Shown: one piece after another, positions 27,357 to 31,516 of the stretch
Layout of the letters: each line of letters starts with the position of its first letter
Position numbering within the stretch: position 1 is the stretch's first letter
IMG/VR virus record: IMGVR_UViG_3300007276_000178
Location: 1 to 31,516 of that record
Origin: a virus
Lineage: Duplodnaviria; Caudoviricetes
Reading direction: 5' to 3' (one strand)
DNA length: 31,516 nucleotides
Program-made: the position numbers and the translations under genes
The notes under the pieces: model-generated
The model's input: the letters and a program-made list of their open reading frames with translations, nothing else
What the model was told of the DNA's origin: nothing
Databases searched by the model: none

Positions 27357-27468
27357 AAACACCCCTGAGAACGCCATATAAGCCTCACCGCAGCACGTTT
27401 AGGTAGTACCCTGTAGGGTAGTATACCCCTAGACTACTTGCCCGTACAGAGGCTTACAGGAGCTTCTA
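27357..27468 (-). repeat. Dispersed ~110-bp symmetric element, copy D (inverted)
   Basis: Minus strand TAGAAGCTCCTGTAAGCCTCTGTACGG...CTACCCTAC...GAGGCTTA..GGCGTTCTCAGGGGTGTTT. Confidence 0.88.
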
Positions 27469-27495
27469 TAGTAGATATATATATATCTGTTTATA

Positions 27496-27717
27496 TTAAA
27501 CTTCCATTGCAGGCAATAGAACTACTCTACAGGAGACTTCTATTTGTTGTATCTCATCTGCAATATTATCTCTATTATTAAAGAAGTACTTCTGTATGCC
27601 TGTAACACCTTTCTGGCAAGCCTCATAATTATCAGACTGTCTTGGATACCAACCATCTATAAGTTTTTGTTCACCACCTATCGTAAATAACACTACTATA
27701 AAAAATGTCTCAATCAT
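27496..27717 (-). CDS. Hypothetical protein
   Basis: GAGGA RBS; hydrophobic N-terminus, two Cys. Confidence 0.65.
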   Translation of the reverse strand: MIETFFIVVLFTIGGEQKLIDGWYPRQSDNYEACQKGVTGIQKYFFNNRDNIADEIQQIEVSCRVVLLPAMEV

Positions 27718-27757
27718 TTGTCTATCCTCGTTTCAGTTATTTAATTAATCTTCTACT

Positions 27758-27786
27758 ACTATACCATTAGCTTTACGATATTGCAA
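27758..27786 (-). promoter_or_regulatory. sigma70 promoter
   Basis: TTGCAA-17-TATAGT with TG extension. Confidence 0.7.
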
Positions 27787-27788
27787 CT

Positions 27789-28427
27789 CTAAATATTAAA
27801 TGTCAACACTTTATTAATAGGTTCATACTTTCCTGTACAGTTGCTTGCATTGTGGTAGGTAGTTCCTCGTATAGTCTCAGTACCATATCCTTCATGTATA
27901 TGTCCAAATATATGATGTTTTAGATTACCCAGCTTAGATAATCTACATGTAGCTTTATATAGTTCCTCACACCCTACGTGACCATCCTCGCAGTGATCTA
28001 AGATAGTATGAGGTGGCCCATGTGTAATCAATACATTAGTATCTTCTTCGATCATATCCCACTTCTTCTTAATTATATTACCTCTGGGTAGATTGAATGC
28101 CCAATTATAGAAGTAAGGTTGCCAAGGAGAGCCGTAGAACTTGATACCATCTATAACTACAGAGGAATCCTCTAAGTATGTAGCTACTCCTTTGATAGTT
28201 TCGATAGCTCTATCTCTAGTAGCAAGGTGTTCTAAACACGTATCATGGTTTCCTGCTACAACTATTTTATGCTTATGAGGTAACTCCTTTAACCAAGTAC
28301 AAAACTCTTCCAATTGGGAGAGTCTACCATTACCTAAAAAATCCCCTGAATGTATCAGGACATCCCCGTCTGGTATTGTTAGTTGCCTGTGCATACTATG
28401 TGTATCACTAATTGTAACTATCTTCAT
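27789..28427 (-). CDS. Metallophosphoesterase (MPPED-like)
   Basis: SDTH, GD, GNHD, YGSPWQP, THGPP, FGHIHE. Confidence 0.9.
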   Translation of the reverse strand: MKIVTISDTHSMHRQLTIPDGDVLIHSGDFLGNGRLSQLEEFCTWLKELPHKHKIVVAGNHDTCLEHLATRDRAIETIKGVATYLEDSSVVIDGIKFYGSPWQPYFYNWAFNLPRGNIIKKKWDMIEEDTNVLITHGPPHTILDHCEDGHVGCEELYKATCRLSKLGNLKHHIFGHIHEGYGTETIRGTTYHNASNCTGKYEPINKVLTFNI

Positions 28428-28428
28428 A

Positions 28429-28641
28429 TCACTTTCCCTCTTTACTCTTAATTTGTTTAAACACTAGCCATCCTATGCAAAAGATATTACCTAGCAACAA
28501 CCCTCTTTCATGCTCACTCCACTTATAAATATTAAAGTAATTCTCTAATTCTATAACAGATGCCATTAATGCTGTACAGATATATGCTAACACAAACCAT
28601 ACTATGAATGCAACTGTTATATCTCTAATTTGTTTATACAT
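28429..28641 (-). CDS. Small membrane protein
   Basis: Two hydrophobic segments. Confidence 0.65.
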   Translation of the reverse strand: MYKQIRDITVAFIVWFVLAYICTALMASVIELENYFNIYKWSEHERGLLLGNIFCIGWLVFKQIKSKEGK

Positions 28642-29071
28642 TATATTCTCCTAGTACATGTTTATCATTATCATCACCTAATCCATACTGTCTATTAGCT
28701 AAACGGTACATATTTAGATAGATTTCTTCTGGTGTTGGACGGTAACAATTTGCCATAAACGCTACAGGAATATTTTTATAGTTAGTTACAACTCTCTTAT
28801 GAAAATTACCATCTAAATTACAATTATATTTTTCTAATAGAGTATTCCGTATTCTAAGATATCTACACATTAAATATGGGCACTTGTCATAAAAGAAGGT
28901 GACATGTCCTTTACCAATAGTATATTTATCTGGAATATTGAAGTCATCTAGTGTCTTGCCAGATTCGATAGCTTTTAATACATGTGTGAATACCCTTGGT
29001 AATTCTCTATATTCTGCTAATAGATGTTGCTTGGTTAGTTGCTCTGGCTCTACAATGTTAATGCGTGTCAT
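28634..29071 (-). CDS. denV: Pyrimidine-dimer DNA glycosylase / endonuclease V
   Basis: MTRIN...L..QHL.AEYRELPRVF, G.GHVTFFYDK; catalytic Thr2 and Glu23 present. Confidence 0.95.
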   Translation of the reverse strand: MTRINIVEPEQLTKQHLLAEYRELPRVFTHVLKAIESGKTLDDFNIPDKYTIGKGHVTFFYDKCPYLMCRYLRIRNTLLEKYNCNLDGNFHKRVVTNYKNIPVAFMANCYRPTPEEIYLNMYRLANRQYGLGDDNDKHVLGEYNV

Positions 29072-29139
29072 ATCTACCTACCTTTAGTTAATTTGTATTT
29101 TATTGTACCAGAAATCCTAAACTAAAAAATCTCCAGAAA

Positions 29140-29313
29140 TTAATCTTCTCTATCATCTCCAAAGTTTAGCATATTAGTAAAAACTTCACTAGATAAATTC
29201 TTCCATTCATACTCACTAATAATACATAATGGTGTATCTAGTTTACCATGCTCAAATAGAATAATATATTTAATGCCGCTAGAATCTTCTACTACTTTAT
29301 TGTGTAATCTCAT
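29140..29313 (-). CDS. Hypothetical protein, 57 aa (not in track)
   Basis: GAGGAG RBS, directly after the leftward promoter. Confidence 0.65.
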   Translation of the reverse strand: MRLHNKVVEDSSGIKYIILFEHGKLDTPLCIISEYEWKNLSSEVFTNMLNFGDDRED

Positions 29314-29341
29314 TGGATATCTCCTCGGTTAATTTCCACGC

Positions 29342-29370
29342 ATAGTACACCCTCTAATAATACAAGTCAA
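29342..29370 (-). promoter_or_regulatory. Leftward sigma70 promoter
   Basis: TTGACT-17-TACTAT. Confidence 0.8.
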
Positions 29371-29384
29371 GTATTAATTTAAGG

Positions 29385-29413
29385 TTGACATATAGGCAAG
29401 TAGTCTGTATAGT
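29385..29413 (+). promoter_or_regulatory. Rightward sigma70 promoter
   Basis: TTGACA-17-TATAGT. Confidence 0.85.
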
Positions 29414-29442
29414 AGCTTCACATTAACCAATTGGAGAATATT

Positions 29443-29638
29443 ATGGATATAGTTAGATCAACTGACTAAAGAATTTAATAAAGTGTATCTTGAGGCTACA
29501 GCTAAATCTGATAGTGAGTTATACTTTAGGGCGGCTTTGTTAGGTAGACAGGTAGTGGATTACTTAGAGAATAATGAAGTAGTAATAGCCTCTTATGATG
29601 AACTCCTTACACTAAGAGGTGAATCTGATGAACACTAG
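29443..29638 (+). pseudogene. Frameshifted small gene (MDI / LDQLTKEFNK...)
   Basis: GGAGA RBS + ATG gives 8 aa only; removing one base (e.g. G29452) gives a 64-aa ORF overlapping the next start. Confidence 0.5.
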
Positions 29639-30017
29639 AGTACAACAAGTATTAGATACATATAATTTCACCAGAAACTCTAATGTAGACGTAAATGAAA
29701 TTATATACACATTAGACTCCTATAAGAAAGAAGTGGACGTATATACAGATAATGTGATATACTCAATGAGTAAACATATAGCTCAGTATTTACTAGATAA
29801 TTTAGATCATACACCTTTATCTAGTAAACAGGCTAATCGTGTGTTACACTTATCTAAGAAGCTATACAATCATGGTATGGGATCATGTTGGAGTGATAAG
29901 CCTGTAGTAATTAACTTATCTACATTAACTATTGAAGATGGAGTTACACGTTTATGTGCTGTAGCAGAGTTTGTTAGTAATCGTGGGGTTATGCTCCCTA
30001 TTAAATTAATTAAATGA
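29628..30017 (+). CDS. ParB/Srx-like domain protein (divergent)
   Basis: IAQYLLDN...W...PVVI....TIEDGVTRLCAV resembles DG.HRL.A; GAGGTG RBS before ATG at 29628. Confidence 0.55.
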   Translation: MNTRVQQVLDTYNFTRNSNVDVNEIIYTLDSYKKEVDVYTDNVIYSMSKHIAQYLLDNLDHTPLSSKQANRVLHLSKKLYNHGMGSCWSDKPVVINLSTLTIEDGVTRLCAVAEFVSNRGVMLPIKLIK

Positions 30018-30024
30018 GGATTGA

Positions 30025-30300
30025 ATGATGAGACCAGAGAAACTACATTATCTGACAAACAAAGCGTTCAATTACTATTTAGATACTAAATCTATTGAGA
30101 AGTTTAAACTTCTGTTACCCGCACTGATAAAGCTATATAAGAGGTGTGCTACCGAAGAAGATGATTTTAGAGCGGGAGGGGAGCTGGGAGGCTATAATAA
30201 GGAAGATAATTATTATGAAATGCTTTACATCTCTGACAGATGGTGTTGCGCTCATAGATTATCTTGGTTAATTGATGGTATTACAACAGGAGAATTATAA
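30025..30300 (+). CDS. Hypothetical protein
   Basis: GAGGA RBS. Confidence 0.65.
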   Translation: MMRPEKLHYLTNKAFNYYLDTKSIEKFKLLLPALIKLYKRCATEEDDFRAGGELGGYNKEDNYYEMLYISDRWCCAHRLSWLIDGITTGEL

Positions 30301-30301
30301 T

Positions 30302-30505
30302 ATGTCACCAGATGAATTTAAACAGTGGAAGAAGCAAGACTTCAATAGTGCTTTACAAAAGCGTTGTGATACTGAGGGACTTACTTTACGTATTGTTCCT
30401 CAAAACTCTGAGACTACTCTTTATATCATTAATAATGAAGGTTATGCTTTACATAATAATGGTGATAGGATATGGTGGGATGAAGTTAGGTTTAGAAGAG
30501 GGTAA
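30302..30505 (+). CDS. Hypothetical protein
   Basis: AGGAG RBS favours start at 30302. Confidence 0.6.
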   Translation: MSPDEFKQWKKQDFNSALQKRCDTEGLTLRIVPQNSETTLYIINNEGYALHNNGDRIWWDEVRFRRG

Positions 30506-30509
30506 GGTT

Positions 30510-30722
30510 ATGGATTTTAAAGAAGCAGCAGAAGAGGAAAGGACGTGTTCGGATTGTAAGTACTTTCAAATGAATGCAAAAGTACCTAACGTCTATATGG
30601 GTTATTTATGTATGAATGAAGATGCAAAGCAGTATGGGTACTACGGTAAACAATCTATGAATGTAGATAAAGACTTTCTTTGTAATAGGTTTGAAATTCA
30701 TGTAGAATTAGATGAAGAATAA
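30510..30722 (+). CDS. Small Cys-rich (zinc-binding) protein
   Basis: CSDCKYF...C...FLCNRFE; start reassigned to 30510. Confidence 0.65.
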   Translation: MDFKEAAEEERTCSDCKYFQMNAKVPNVYMGYLCMNEDAKQYGYYGKQSMNVDKDFLCNRFEIHVELDEE

Positions 30723-30811
30723 TTAACCCCTGTATTTTACCATACAGGATTTTACATATTAAAAAATCTGGGTAGAATATTATTCAGATATATATATATT
30801 GGAGATTTATT

Positions 30812-31003
30812 ATGAAAGTTAAATATTTGTGGATATTATTACCTATTATAGTGGTATATTTAATATCATTCCTGTTCCATATTATATCTACTTATTTAGG
30901 AGATACTTGGTACGCAATGGCTACCTCAGTGGCAGTAGGTATGTTTGCAGTTTTCGTTATGATGGCCTCTATATTTATAGCTTTGGTCAAGTCTTGTGAT
31001 TAA
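30812..31003 (+). CDS. Small two-TM membrane protein
   Basis: GGAG RBS; hydrophobic. Confidence 0.65.
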   Translation: MKVKYLWILLPIIVVYLISFLFHIISTYLGDTWYAMATSVAVGMFAVFVMMASIFIALVKSCD

Positions 31004-31516
31004 AGACTCCAATGACCTAAAGCGTCTAATAGTAGAACAAGAATCTGAGAAGCGTTCTCTCATTCAAGAGTTAATAGATGATGGTGTTATTAAACGCAAG
31101 CTTAGAGCTTCTAAACAAGAAACTAATGAAGCCTACACTTATGTGCTAGACACCGGAGATGATGCTACTAAAGCACTATCTGTTGTCTCTAATAAGCACA
31201 ATAAGCCTGAAACGTGGGTGAAGACAGTTAAGCATTCCCCTGTATATAAGAATATTATTGATTATAGTATTAAGAATAATGTAAACCACCCTACATATAC
31301 ATTAATGAAAGATAAGGATGTGTGGAATACAGGAGTTAAGCGCAGTTTACGAGAGTCTACTACATTAAGTAGTCTATTGAACTCTCTCAGTGCTTATGTT
31401 AATCTAGCTAAACGTGTAGAGGATTTAGAGAATATTACAGAAGCATTAGTAGAACATGCTATTGTAACAGATAGTAGATTAGCTGAACTAGAGAATAATT
31501 CTACATCTACTAAAGA
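30996..31516 (+). CDS. Hypothetical protein (3' truncated, ends in coiled coil)
   Basis: Open frame from GTG 30996 to window end. Confidence 0.65.
   Translation, partial: MIKDSNDLKRLIVEQESEKRSLIQELIDDGVIKRKLRASKQETNEAYTYVLDTGDDATKALSVVSNKHNKPETWVKTVKHSPVYKNIIDYSIKNNVNHPTYTLMKDKDVWNTGVKRSLRESTTLSSLLNSLSAYVNLAKRVEDLENITEALVEHAIVTDSRLAELENNSTSTK

Noticed and set aside
27474-27487. (AT)n runs here and near 30788-30799
   Set aside because: Short low-complexity tracts expected in AT-rich DNA
30312-30509. N-terminal 66 aa of the 136-aa ORF
   Set aside because: Overlaps the 30302..30505 gene; ATG 30510 fits the gene packing better
1-31516. Alternative genetic code (TAG recoding), prompted by frequent TAG/CTAG
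   Set aside because: Long genes are intact in the standard code and TAG serves as a normal stop (e.g. 1371, 3547, 5844)

Overview
AT-rich (roughly one-third GC by eye) segment of a tailed dsDNA phage genome, probably a lytic contractile-tailed phage whose host uses sigma70-type promoters. 1-6363 (+) is the end of the late region: baseplate, tail fibre and chaperone, a 3-TM holin, an unexplained signalling-like cassette, and two possible virion proteins. The cassette comprises a TM/coiled-coil protein, a stand-alone receiver domain, a promoter-driven 19-aa peptide, a polytopic membrane protein and a paralogous TM/coiled-coil protein. 6377-29313 (-) is the replication and nucleotide-metabolism arm: dNMP kinase, 5'-nucleotidase, two metallophosphoesterases, RuvC-like resolvase, MazG-like enzyme, 5'-3' exonuclease, putative SSB, family A DNA polymerase, primase-helicase, HNH-AP2 endonuclease, Pif1/RecD-like helicase and DenV. 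Back-to-back promoters at about 29340-29415 start a + strand block of small genes. The main unexplained features are the peptide/membrane/receiver cassette next to the holin and four dispersed ~110-bp symmetric, 10-bp-periodic intergenic elements with an invariant CTACCCTAC core. All protein calls are from motif recognition, not database searches.
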